DNA of 63,515 bases, filler included, from Collodictyon triciliatum (GCA_043381765.1; 10 parts of 10 records of this genome joined end to end with filler, not necessarily neighbours in it); one strand, 5' to 3'. Positions 25,221 to 38,707 are shown, counted from the whole stretch's first letter. Notes: a model not told the origin generated them from the sequence alone. Made by a program: numbers and translations.

Positions 25221-28200
25221 TCACTCAGCTGCTCTCTTGGTATCCTTCTCAACACCCCATCCATTCTCATAGCATTCAGTAACAATAGAAACAGCTTTTG
25301 GATATATGTGTTTTTCACCAATTTTATCTCCCCGTTTGCCCAGAATATCTTCTTTAATTTTAGCCAGTTCTTTCAAAACATTGAACGCCTCTTTTGAGCC
25401 TTGTTGAGCTAATTGCTTCAATCTATCGAAGTCCAATGATAATTTTGGAAAGGCGACATGTCTCCACTCAGCTGCTTTCTCAGTGTCATTCTCAACACCC
25501 CATCCATTCTCATAGCAATCAGCCATCATTTGAGCCTGGAACTTGGTGAATTTATTCTGCTCACAATAAACAACAAAGTCCACATCAAAAGAAGCAGCAC
25601 CGATGGAAAATAGGATGGATTTGTTGAATCGACTCAATCCTGTGACATCTCTGATTTGTATGCTTCCACCTCGCAGCTTTCTTGAGCCGATAATCTGGAC
25701 TGTCTTTGCATCTTGGACTCTGATTTTATCAATGATGTTCATCGAATCGCTTGTTCTATTGAATACTGCGATGGCCTCATCTGGCTTTTCTTTATTGACT
25801 AGGTATTTTCCTTGAATGTAGTTCACTTCTGACGTTTGTAGGCTGTGTGTTTGGTTTCCTATGGATACATCCCAAATATGTATTGTAGTATATTCCCAGA
25901 ATCCAGAAGCCAACCAGCTTTCACCATTCGGTCCTTGAACACTGCAAACACTGGTGGCAGCTCTTGCATGGCCTTCTAAAGTTTTGATTTGGTTTCCTGT
26001 GACTGCATCCCAAACACGTATAGTTTTATCATCACTTCCAGAAGCCAACCAGCTTTCACCGTTTGGTCCTTGAATACTGCAAACACTATAGACGACATTT
26101 ACATGACCTAACCTTTTGATTTGGTTTCCTGTGGCTACATCCCAAATACGTATGGTACCATCAAAACTTCCAGAAGCCAGCCACTTTTCGCCATTCGGTC
26201 CTTGAATACTGCAAACGCTATTGACATCGTTTGTATGAGCTTTTAGTTTTTTGATTTGGTTTCCTGTGGCTATATCCCAAATACGTATGGTTCCATCACG
26301 ACTTCCAGAAGCCAGCCAGCTTTCACCATTCGATCCTTGAATACTGCAAATACTATTGACCCAATTTGTACGACCCTCTAATGTTTTCACTTGTATTCCA
26401 GTGGCTACATCCCAAATACGAATTGTTCTATCAAGACTTCCTGAAGCCAGCCAATTTTCAAAATTCGGTCCTTGAATACTGCAAACACTCGTGACAACAT
26501 TTGTATGACCTTCTAATATTTTGATTAGGTTTCCAGTGGCTACATCCCAAATACGTATTGTTCCATCATGACTTCCAGAAGCCAACCAATTTTCACAATT
26601 CGGTCCTTGAATACTGCAAACACTCTTGACACCAATTGTGTTTCCTACCAATATTTTGATATGGTTTCCTGTGGATACACCCCAAATACGTATTGTATTA
26701 TCACGACTTCCAGAAGCCAACCAAATCTCGCCATTCGGTCCTTGAATACTACAAACAATCATGACGCTATGCGTATGACCCTCCAGTTCATCATGCGGAA
26801 TTCCAAATCTCACATCTTTCATATCTGCATTATCAAAAACACAATCACCAAGCATCGAATTAGTGAAGTCAACACCATTCAAGTTGGCACCAGTGAGATT
26901 TGCACCATCAATGATTGAATTACTGAGATTTGCATGTGGAATATTGATGTTTGATAAATCCATCCCACCAAACGAAACTTTCATGAAATTCAAAAGTGTG
27001 ATAGCATCAGATGCAGCCTTTGATTTGGTCTCATCAGTCTTTGACATGTAGACAATTCTGAATAATGATGCAATGATTTGCTCACAATTCCATTCATCAT
27101 CCAATTTTGCGTCATCAAGAGTTTCACAGACGAATTCCTTGACTCTTGTAAACTCGATAGGCTCTTTGTTGATTTCGATTTCTTTTGAATGCACGGACAA
27201 GTATTTGCATGAGTTCAATGTTCTGGGGTGAATCCATCCAAGTTTATCAGCGAATCTGTCTCTCATCTCAGCACCGAATGTCACTGCTTCGTTATGTAGC
27301 TTATTCTGTTTGCAGTATTGGTGCGCTTTCTCACAAGCCACCCAGCAGTCCCAGTTTTCATAGGATGACTTTTCAGCATGTCTGATAGCAGCTGTTTTGT
27401 AAAGCTGTATAAGGGATTCATATTCATTCATTAGTAGGATAATATTCTCAATCTGATGTGTGTCTTTCAGTGACATGATTGTATTTGTCTCCTTTCTGAT
27501 AGCAGCTGCCTTCTGGAAGTATTCAATGATTTGGTCCAATCTGAATACAGGCATGTTATTTATTATTGATGTATTTTTCTAATAGACTCAACTTGTACAT
27601 TTTTTATTTTATTAAATGAGCACTATACCCTTTAAGCTCAAAGTTTGTTCTGCCAACATTTTCAAGGGAAGTTGCGTAATCAGCATGCTTTTCGCCCAGT
27701 GTTCTCATACGAATATCCAGCGTTTTCGTATACGCCCCCAAAGCACCCTTATAGCTATAATCACATGAGTAAATATATTATTGTTGCTTCAATTAAATAA
27801 TAAAAATAATTGACAAAGAGATACTCTTTCAAATCATGGCTGATATCTCCAATAATCTCATAGCAGGCCACAACATTCGGATGATTTTCACCCAGGGCAA
27901 ATATGAAAATATCCAGTGATTGCTTTAGTGAAGATAAGGCCTCAGTTTTCCTATATAAAATAATGGTTTTGATTATTTAATAATTAAAATTATATTATCA
28001 AAAATATAACCCTAAGTAGAGTCCATAAAAATGAAAGTATAAAGCCACATACATCTTGCAAAAATTTAAAGAAAGGAAAAGTTATTGTATGCAAATATCT
28101 AAAAAAATAGGAAATTCCAACTTTCTACTGGCAAGATGAGCGTTTGCAATGAATTTGATTGTCCAGGCAAAAGATGCATGCTTAGCTCCCAGCGATTTTT

Positions 28201-30798
28201 CAAGGATTGATTTCGCCTTTTCGTAATTTTTAACAGACTCTTCATACCTTGGTGATTCAATCATATAAATATTTCTCAAATAAACGATATTTTTTAAAAT
28301 GAGCTTTAATAGAATTAATATGCTACTTATTCTCAGCCAGAGAGACATGGCCGTAGTTCTGGTACGATGTTGCGACAAGAGGATGCTCGTTTCCGACTTT
28401 CTTTTGGCGAATTTCCATGGCTTTAGTGTATTCAACCAGAGCTTGCTCATTCCTATCATAAGAAATTGATCGGCAAACATATATTTACAAAGTAAAAGCA
28501 GAAATAAGGAATAGAATAAAATAAATTATTAAATGATTACTTTGCTTGCTTCATATATATGTCTCCGAAGCGGTCGTACGATTGGGCTACTTGCAAGTCA
28601 TTTTCGCCAAGTTGCTTGATTCTCAAGTCCAGTGATGTCATGTATTCTTCAAACGCCTCATCAATTCTATTTTATAAAAAAAACCAGAACATTGATTTTT
28701 TGAAACACTTTAATATAATTTATTTTAAAGAGGCAAGAGAGTCTTACTTATCCTGTTGCTGGTAGATGATTCCCATCTCTTCATGAATTGTAGCAATACG
28801 CAGGAAATTATCTTCATATTTCTCAACTGAATCGAGACATCTCTTGTAGTAGACCATGGACTCTGCCCAACTGTTTTATTTTTGTAATCTTGATTTTGCA
28901 TCGTATTTTATAATCATATGTTAATTAACAATGAGGAATGATCATTTTTATTTTACTTTTGGAGGTTCTTGTATACACGACCGAGATTCAGGTAATCAGC
29001 AGCCTTTGAATCTATAAAATAATAATATTGAAGATAGTTACATAATTTATCTTCATGGTATAGATTAATCAAACACGATGAATTGTATACCTTCTGTTTG
29101 ATGCTTTACAAGACGCACATTCAGAACAGATAACAAAAACGAGTTCTCAGAAGAATCCAAGAAAAATTCAACAAGCAGGTCTCCCACATTATCCAAAGAC
29201 TGAAAAAGAATAATGAAACTTTGAAAGTTAAATCATAATTCACAATTAAATTATGTGGGTAGTAACATTAAAAAAACCTTCGATAGACTTCCATAAACAT
29301 CATTGTAGTTTGCTGTTCCGCTTGCATTGATTGCTCTCCAGCATGTAAAGAACTCGAAGCGATAGCGGCCACCGAGCATGATTCTGATAACCTATAAAAT
29401 AATTTCAAAATTAATCAGAGAAATCGTTTCATTATACTGAATAAAAATCGAATAAAAATCGAATAAAAATCGAATAAAAATCGAATAAAAATCGAATAAA
29501 AATCGAATAAAAATCGAATAAAAATCGAATAAAAATCGAATAAAAATAAAAATAAGAAATTACATGTTTTTGCTTCATGTATTCGACAAGTAAGTCAAAC
29601 GAATTGCCATTCAGAAGCTGGTAACATATCTCAGCAGCAAGCTCCTCATCCACGTCAGCAGCCTCAGAATATTGGCCAAACAGCCATTTTCCGTATTTTT
29701 CGTGGGTTTTTTCCATCTCTTTCTTTTCAGAGTAGTAGACCTTTTCGGCAGTCTCTAACAGCAGCTGGTGAGAGTAAATGTATCTATAATAAACAATAAT
29801 GAGGTTTATATCAACAATAAAATAAAACGAAAAAAACGATTTAAAATTAGGCTAACTTTCCATTATGGACGAAAAGCGACTCGATGAGAGTAAAGAAGAA
29901 GGATTTCCTAATTGAATAAATGCATAAATAAAATCTATAAAAAATAAGATATTGGTAAACCTATTCATTCTATTAAAATTCAAGAGAAAGAAAACCATTC
30001 AGCAAGCTCGAATCCTGTGCCAATCGCGTCTTTCATGTACTTATCCAAATCACCTTCACTCAGGCCGATGCGGGAAACAAAGAGAACCTTCATCGAGAGG
30101 GACACATACTCGACCTTCATTGTCTCTTTTCCATCAGACGAGGCTACTGTACAATAAAAAAAATCATTCAATAAAAGTTGCAATATAATTACTTTTTTCC
30201 TTTTTTTTTGGCGAAATATGTAATCAATACTCACCTATCCTGTCAAACTTCAGTTGCCAGCGCTGCATAATGAGCATGTAAAGCTCAATGACACCATTGG
30301 TCGAAAGCAGAGCAAACAGTTCATCATCGAGCTTCTCATTGACACCAAAGACCCTGACTTCATCCAGAATGATGCGGAGATAGAGCCAATGTCCTTTTAA
30401 AAATTCAAATAATAAATAACTAAATAAACTGTGAAAAACCTTATCAAACTAAATGCTCTTATTAAAAATGTCTCACCAGTATCTCCAAAGTCAGCCAGAA
30501 TCATTCCAACTTGCTTTTCGTTCAGGGTCTTGTCATAGCGGATGAGGAATGATTCGACACCATCCTTTATTTCGCCCTTGGTCAACTTGGCGACAGGAAT
30601 CGGCTCCAGTCCACTTTGCTTGGCAGACTTATTACAGATACATTAATTAACCTTCCACTCAAAATCGTTTTTAACCAAAATACAAACATGTCCAAAAAAT
30701 AATATTAAATGATGAATACCGTGCAAGATTCATGGGTATGAATAGTCGACACAACCACCGCAACATTAGCTGGTGTTTCCTTAGGCAACCAGGTCAGC
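25221..30798 (-). CDS. NLR-like paralog B: NACHT-like / TPR / pentapeptide / 7xWD40 / 2xSel1-like, 5' partial
   Basis: LTWLPKETP and GHWLYLRIILDEVRVFG, with the same intron positions as paralog A. The TPR exons splice in phase (GG|A at 27540) into the long open frame with AASDAITLLNFMKVSF, ANLTGANLNG, WLASGSxDxTIRIWD repeats and ADCYENGWGVENDTEKAAEW. Confidence 0.85.
25860..26790 (-). repeat. Seven tandem 135-bp (45-aa) WD40 coding repeats with high internal nucleotide identity
   Basis: CTTGAATACT recurs at 26741, 26606, 26471, 26336, 26201 and ~26069 (one-codon deletion), with a variant copy at ~25934. Confidence 0.9.
29439..29545 (+). repeat. Intronic 11-bp minisatellite (AATAAAAATCG)n
   Basis: About nine direct copies inside an intron of NLR paralog B. 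Confidence 0.9.
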
Positions 30799-30898
30799 NN
30801 NNNNNNNNNNNNNNNNNNNNNNNNNNNNNNNNNNNNNNNNNNTTAATTAATTAANNNNNNNNNNNNNNNNNNNNNNNNNNNNNNNNNNNNNNNNNNNN

Positions 30899-30993
<95 letters not shown>

Positions 30994-31064
30994 CGAATGA
31001 ATAAAAAATGAATACATAAATCATAATAGATTGCGTGTGTTTCATCACAGTTATACTAGCCAAC

Positions 31065-31312
31065 CTGCTTTTGCCCGGTAAAAAATCTGAGAGAAGTTGC
31101 CAGAGGAACAAGTATTTGATTCGGAACAGCAGTTGTCGATGAACGGTGAGAAGACAAGCACTCATGCATGCGCTGTAGCACGGTCACAACGCTGATTGAA
31201 TCTCGACGGGTGATACATCCCAGAAGCAAGAAAGAAAGCTCCAGTATATCTGACGACACAACCAAGGAAAGAGTTTCCTCAAGCGAATCCTTCTTGGTTC
31301 CATGCTGCGCAT
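31065..31312 (-). CDS. Internal exon of an unidentified gene
   Basis: AG/GT-bounded open exon DAQHGTKKDSLEETLSLVVSSDILELSFLLLG...FFTGQKQ. No family recognised. Confidence 0.35.
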
Positions 31313-32284
31313 CTGGTTGAAAGGGAAATGTTTCCTATGGCAAGTGCAGTCTCTTATTGCTTGAACACATACGTCTTTTTTTGTCATCATTTATATATTA
31401 ATATATAAATGATGACACTTTTCTTTCTTCTTTCTTTCTTTCTTTCTTTCTTTTCTTTTCTTTTTTTGCCCAAGTGGATATAGAGACAAATGGTGGCAGA
31501 GAGAAAGAAGGACTACATTCGAGGCGATGAGTAAGAACGATGGAGCATAGACAGCTCACTTCCTCGCTACTTCACATCGAACAAAAGAAGCACATTCTTT
31601 TGGAGCTGCAAAGCCAAGTTTTCCATCTGAGCCTACCAGGACGGCTNNNNNNNNNNNNNNNNNNNNNNNNNNNNNNNNNNNNNNNNNNNNNNNNNNNNNN
31701 NNNNNNNNNNNNNNNNNNNNNNNNNNNNNNNNNNNNNNNNNNNNNNNNNNNNNNNNNNNNNNNNNNNNNNNNNNNNNNNNNNNNNNNNNNNNNNNNNNNN
31801 NNNNNNNNNNNNNNNNNNNNNNNNNNNNNNNNNNNNNNNNNNNNNNNNNNNNNNNNNNNNNNNNNNNNNNNNNNNNNNNNNNNNNNNNNNNNNNNNNNNN
31901 NNNNNNNNNNNNNNNNNNNNNNNNNNNNNNNNNNNNNNNNNNNNNNNNNNNNNNNNNNNNNNNNNNNNNNNNNNNNNNNNNNNNNNNNNNNNNNNNNNNN
32001 NNNNNNNNNNNNNNNNNNNNNNNNNNNNNNNNNNNNNNNNNNNNNNNNNNNNNNNNNNNNNNNNNNNNNNNNNNNNNNNNNNNNNNNNNNNNNNNNNNNN
32101 NNNNNNNNNNNNNNNNNNNNNNNNNNNNNNNNNNNNNNNNNNNNNNNNNNNNNNNNNNNNNNNNNNNNNNNNNNNNNNNNNNNNNNNNNNNNNNNNNNNN
32201 NNNNNNNNNNNNGTTCTGGTCTGAGTGTTTGTGGGACTATTTCACAAGGGAGGTCAGGCCACCGAAGGATAATCGTCTGCTCTC

Positions 32285-35200
32285 TTAGCTCGTATCATGC
32301 TTTGACATGTCTGTTTGATTGTTTCCATCCAGCGCGGCTGTGCAAGTTTGTAGGTCACATGACTGTGCCTTTTTATCTTGTTTTTGTTGGTTTTTGCTCT
32401 TCTTATATTTGATGATGTTAAACTATTAGGATAACTTACACCGAATATTGACCACTGTGACGCTATCATTCGCATCCACCACCCATGATGGAATCAACTA
32501 TTTTTTTTTTTCAAAATGATATATTACTTACCATTTGGTTTTTAATTGAAAGTAAACACGAAGATTGTCAGAATAACACACACACATAACCCATATAATA
32601 TATATTACACTTACGTGCGATATTGGGTCTTTAAGGATTGCAGTCCTTGAGGGGATGAAGTTCGATAAAATGTTGCACGACACTATTAACGCTGTACACC
32701 CAAAGAACGTCTCATTAACTTCAGAAGACTACAACAACTATAAACCAAAACCTATCAAACCAAACCAGAGAATATGAAAAAAAATGGAATAAAATACGAG
32801 CTAGTTACCACTGATACCGATGGCTGTGTAGTAAATGAAAAACCCTATTTTAGTGGTAGATTCTTTGCTTGATTCATCGTGATGGTTGATGACCAAAGCC
32901 ACTTGAACGAGACAGTAATTGCAGAACAATAGGAAATTTTCCAAGAACGCTACGGTTGACTGTTCGATATTTATCAGATTAATTTTTTTTTAGCACAATC
33001 ATTAAAAAGATATTATTTATTATTACGGAAAGAAATGGCTTCTGATGAAGCTGAATTGCTATTGACAGGAGAATCAGAGTTGAAACGACCGAGATGCATT
33101 TGTGTGGGTCATCAGAGAGATGAACAAGTAGAGCACATATCACAACACGGCGAATGGAAATGAATGCCTCCCACCAAATATGAGATTTTCTGCGTTAAGT
33201 ATTTAACGATATTATTCAAATGTGTTGAAAGAAATAAAAAAAGGTCAAACATAGTATGTAAAACAACTCACCTAAATCTAGACGTTATGACACCATAGAA
33301 CTCGATGTATTCATCGTCATCTGCCTTGGATGTCGCACATTTGAAGCTTACATAAATGACAAACATAGGCATCACAGCCATATAAAAAATCACAAAAATA
33401 GTTGCCATAGGTAGAAACCTGATATAATACGAGAACATGAGACTACAGCAAAGCCTCTTGTATCATGATGCCTGATTCTCATTCATCGTCATTGTTTCTT
33501 TTTAAAATTTAGGCATACTCATCCCATTCATCTTCCTTACAAAAGATGGATTGGTCTGCAACAAGGACACCATCTCCTCCAAACTTATTGGTGCATTTAA
33601 AGTACTCCAGAGTCGACTAATAAAATCAAAGTGTAAGGAAGCACTTCATAGATTATATATGTATATTTAGTAATTGGAATTGTACCTCATTTGCATAAAA
33701 TGTCATTACTGTCAACGTTGTGGACACTAGATGAGAAGAAGGGCGAAAAAGCTACCGTTCGAAATAAGTCCTATGCCAATATACCCCGTTTTCTTAAATT
33801 ACAATAAATATTACCTCTTGGATTGAATATTTCTCCAAAAAAGTCTTGATTTTGTGTTTTTCACTCAGAAAGTTGAGCAGTAGCTTTCTTGTAGGTACAT
33901 AGACCAGAAGCAGTAAAGCAATCAGAACTGGTCCCAGAACAGGGAGAAGTGCACGAACCGAAAATCCAAAGAAGTAGCTAGTCACAGTTTTATTTGATAC
34001 CGTCATAAATCAAAATTCTATTCAATTAATCAGTATAGATTTTCGATACAAATGTTTTCAGGTAAAAATGATTACTCTAAATTTGATGCACACTTAACAC
34101 CCATAATTGAAACAATCCAGTTAGCTGGCAGGCATTTAGTCAGGGAGAGCATGAGGCTAAATAATAATATAATATACATTTTAGTGATTTAAGAGGCATT
34201 CTCTCCTTCTTCCGATACCAACTTACCCTTCGTCCCACTTGACTTGTAGTATGTATGTGAGTGATCCAAACTGGGTGAAGTTTAGAAAAGCTTCAAGGGT
34301 GCAAACGCACCAGCGACAACATAGGTAACAGAATACGACCGAAAAAATGAATACAATTACGCCGATGAAAATTGACGAAGAACCTCCACATTCTACGCAC
34401 ATGAAGCTCACCTGTACATCATGTTATTATAAATTATAGATATTATGAGAATACCAGGAATCCAAAAAATTACCTTTGCATAGCCCTCAGAGCATTCATA
34501 GCATTCATCACCAATATCACCGGCATTACAATTTCGATATTCCTTTAATCGATTCTAAGGGTTCAAGCGCAAAATAAAAATTCATTTAGAAGTACTGTTA
34601 TTACATAGTAAAATAAAATTCAATTTTATTTGGCGGATATATTTAAGTAGCTTGTCACAGGTTGAAGTAGTAAAAGTACCACGTAAGTGTTAGACATGTT
34701 TTGATTTATATTTCCCCCGTATTTAACATCATCCTGTCATTATAAAAACAAATATTTTTAACATGGTTAGCGCATGGATTTAGAAGGATTTTTTCCACGT
34801 AAGAACCAAATATTTATTTTGAACATTCTAAATAATTCGAATAAAGAATTACAAAATGACACGAGTGGTTGTTCATTATTCCCAGAGAATATTCCTATAT
34901 AATATCAAAAATGTTAATAGATATGAAATATTCTCGCGCATCAAGACCATACCTTTTTAGAAGGCGATAGCCGGCCATGGTTAAAATTTTGAGATAAAGC
35001 CCATGACATGAACTTTGAAAACTTTGACCAACTATCACAATTCCTTTCAGAATTCTCTGCGAGCGTAACCAAAAGGTAGGTATGAAGGGAGTGGCAGGAC
35101 CCTGCTATTTTTTCTAGGCCTTTGAGTACAAATGATTCGATAATACGTTTTACTAACAATTTAAAAAATCACCTGGTTCAACATAATCAGTTTGTTTGAT

Positions 35201-36479
35201 GTTGGACCTAAAAAGTAAATGTCAATAATATGATCATCTCGAACGCACTGAAAAAAAAAGATGAAGTAACCTCTTTTCACTAGGAAGTAAACTGACATAT
35301 TGTCTCCAATTAAAGTTGTGGGCCATCTCGTACTCAACAAAACCCAGGGAGAATGGTGTCTTTGATACTGCTATCAATACCTTATATATTTTCAAATATG
35401 TATTAGTGATTTATGTAACTATTGAACATATTAAACAAATAATGAGCTACCCATACCTCTTTCATATCATTGAACAATAGACGTCCCGAAAAGGGTTCGT
35501 GGCGGATTTTCACTCCATATGAATGCAATGCAAATCTCAATGCACCAGTTAACATGGGTGACAAAGTATCACATAATCTTATGTCCTTAAATGGAAACAA
35601 GTCAATGAGTATGTAGAGCTATATGAATGAAAGGAATTCTAAGATTAAATATTATCAAAAAGAAAACAAACTTCGTTAGGTAATATCGCTCCATTATTAA
35701 GGCCCTCTATATAGGAGTCATTCCATGAACGTATATCACCTATGTTTAGCGAAGTTAGTTCGTTGACTGTTACAGTAACGACGATTTGTACAGTTTTTTT
35801 CTTTTTAAAGAATAATGATAATTTATACAGCTAAAAATTAAAAATACTCCACTCGCATATAGTCACATCATACCATTCAGAATACCAGCAATTGCGATTT
35901 TGTCAAGGATAAGATTCAAGCCACCAGGAAAATTAACCACAGGCACAAACATTACGGTTTCGAAAGGGAACTTGACGAGTCCAGAGTATTGTTCACCCTC
36001 ATCACTATCCTGAAGGGTTAGAGAGAATCCCACAGACATAGAATCCTACAGAGATATGGAGATATTTTCAGCTCCCCTGGTAGCCAAACCACACGAGGCC
36101 ACTGAACCCTTTGTGTGGAACATTTGGCAACTACAAATCAGGAGATGAAGTATATTTGAAAAGCTATATCCGGTATGAATCCGTGAATGACTGCTTCGGG
36201 TCTCTGACAAAGCAGAGGTCAAATTACCTCTGCATGCATCCCAGTTGCCTCAAAGACATTCCTTGTGGAATCTGCTCTCAAGTACATGGGTGATTCGTGG
36301 TGACTCTCAGAATATTCTCGGGCGAGATGTTCCAAACGCAAGCCTACGTTTCTCATGTACAGGTCTTCGCCGTAGAGGAGATTTTCGGAGATAGGAGAGG
36401 AAGGAGCTGTAGCCCCGATATATTCAAACATGTGAATGGACACGAGCGTAATGACAATCGCCAAGCACCTTGCTGTCAT
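32285..36479 (-). CDS. Signal peptide / PstS-like periplasmic-binding domain / Cys-rich linker / multi-pass TM protein
   Basis: LNLILDKIAIAGILNGDIRSWNDSYIEGLN.GAILP and AVSKTPFSLGFVEY (PstS-like); CNAGDIGDECYECSEGY; LEYFKC, LVADQSIFC, FYGVITSRFRKSHIWWE...RR and QKPF motifs of the protist GPCR/TRP-like TM family. Confidence 0.75.
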
Positions 36480-37988
36480 TTTGATTCCTATACGTTTTCA
36501 ACACAGGGATTTATATGACTTGAAGGCTGTTTCGCAATGTTGTTGAGAGCTTATCATGCAGGATAAATAAAATGTAAGAAAATTGTTGATTGAATGGTTG
36601 GGGAGATTTCATGCAACAATAAAGTTTTGCAATTTTGTTTCTGTTAAGGATAATTCCATCAAGTACGCTGGAGAATGATTTGGTTGGAGAAAAGGAGGAG
36701 CTAACCAAAAAGAAAAACAAGATATAATAATGAGACATATTGCTTGACTGGAGCACGGCACTGTGTTTCCCCTCAAGACTGTCAACATTAGTCAATTATA
36801 ACAGCTCTGGTGCTAATTTTACAATAATGAAGATAATATAATAGGAACTTCTATCGCCTGTTTGCGTTCACTTAGAACGTAAGCTATGCGAGTGATGGTT
36901 ATTATAGAGTTTGTAATAAGGACAATTCCTGTAAATGTCTGGAACAGAAATCATTTTGCTCGATAATTTCTTGTTCTGAATGAGACGAATTAAATAAACT
37001 TAGGCTCTGAATCCGTTACAATGAGGTTCAAAAACATGTTACAATCTCGGCGACGCACATGCACGGTTGATTCATGAGGTTCACACAAAGGCATAGCTCC
37101 GGCAGTTGATTACCGATGTTTAGAATCATGCTCATCAATATGTGTATTGTTCGCCATCATAACTCGTTTCTTTTATATACGCGCAGTATCTCGGGCGGTA
37201 TGCCTTATTTTCGAGCAATCTTGTTATGGAACTTTCCAGCCTGAATTTTGCTGACCCTTTTGTTTCAAAACATATCAGCCTTTCCCAGAAGGCTGGCGAG
37301 ATGGCTCCCAGGACAGCTGATTGGGTGTGGCACGCAGATTGAAACTCTCCAGTCGCTCTTTTCGTGTGGCGTAGTCGTGAATGCCTTCACCAAGCGCATT
37401 CAGTATTTACTTGTTGGGTGCAGGCGTGTGGATGTCAGAAGCGATGTTGTCGACCAGGTATACCACCCTTGGGATTCACAGGTATTCGCAGAACGTGCAG
37501 TTCGTTCCCAAGCAGGTAGCAATATGGCAATTGGACATTAGACCCATCACAACCGGGGGAGTGCTTTTCTTTTCCACATTCTCCGCCGAAGCAGTTCTGG
37601 GAAGAGAAGGGCATAGCGAATGGCTGCGGATGTGTCATGTCAGCTTGCTTGCAGATGCTTGCGCGTTCTGAAAACACCCATGCCAGCAGAAGACGGCTGA
37701 GAATGACCTTGGGCATGACAAGCGGCCTACTGCATGACTCTGCAGCCCAGCGAAAACATCTACAAGGCGAATCCCATACAGTCCCAAATAAATTGGGATT
37801 TGTCATGGTGTTCTCAAAATGATATTCACAGAAAAAGAAGAAAAGAATCACCAATCATCGAGCGACAGATCAGTAGGCGACATAATCAAAGGCATTATGC
37901 TTTTTCATTCATATACACCACAGCTTTTTTTTAATTAAGGTTTAATGTCCTCTCACTAGCAAAAGAGGCCAAGGCACTTTCTATTGAC

Positions 37989-38412
37989 TTATACACATTC
38001 AACTTTGAAGTTGCCGTCGTCTTCCTCTGCATCGATATGGATTTTGGATTATTTAAGCTGGGCAGAATACCATTCTTCATCACACTGATTATACAGTTTA
38101 TGAAGTACTCTCTTGATATAAATTTTCTTGTCATCGCGCCGAAAGGTGGCGATTCGTTTGCCTTCCGTATGATGATAATTGACTACATGGTTCTTGAGTT
38201 TGTGTCTCTGTGCATACGGGTAGGACATTTTTCTGCTCTGACAGATTTGCGGCCCACACATCTTATGGATGTACCTAGTAGTCGGGCTCGGACTCGCGCT
38301 TTGGCATTCTTGGGAGGCTGGAGACTAATTTTTCTGTTCTTCTTCCTTGGTGGGCACGCGGTTGTCATCTTCTTTTTTGATTCAGTAGGTATTTTCAACA
38401 TTTCTCACATTA
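37989..38412 (-). pseudogene. Decayed reading frame with a C2H2-like zinc-finger motif
   Basis: One frame reads KMCGPQICQSRKMSYPYAQRHKLKNHVVNYHH and stays protein-like through in-frame TGA (38382), TAG (38325) and TAA (38049). Confidence 0.4.
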
Positions 38413-38416
38413 TCTA

Positions 38417-38512
<96 letters not shown>

Positions 38513-38612
38513 NNNNNNNNNNNNNNNNNNNNNNNNNNNNNNNNNNNNNNNNNNNNTTAATTAATTAANNNNNNNNNNNNNNNNNNNNNNNNNNNNNNNN
38601 NNNNNNNNNNNN

Positions 38613-38707
<95 letters not shown>

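Noticed and set aside
25201-25223. TGA where the first Sel1-like repeat has TGG (possible TGA=Trp or readthrough)
   Set aside because: Comparing copies (GAGTGGAGAC vs GAGTGAGAC) shows a 1-nt deletion, not a substitution. It is a small truncation or a sequencing error, and TGA terminates WDR60 and SS18 normally.
29439-29545. Regular short repeats as a possible CRISPR-like array
   Set aside because: Head-to-tail minisatellite without spacers, in a eukaryotic intron.
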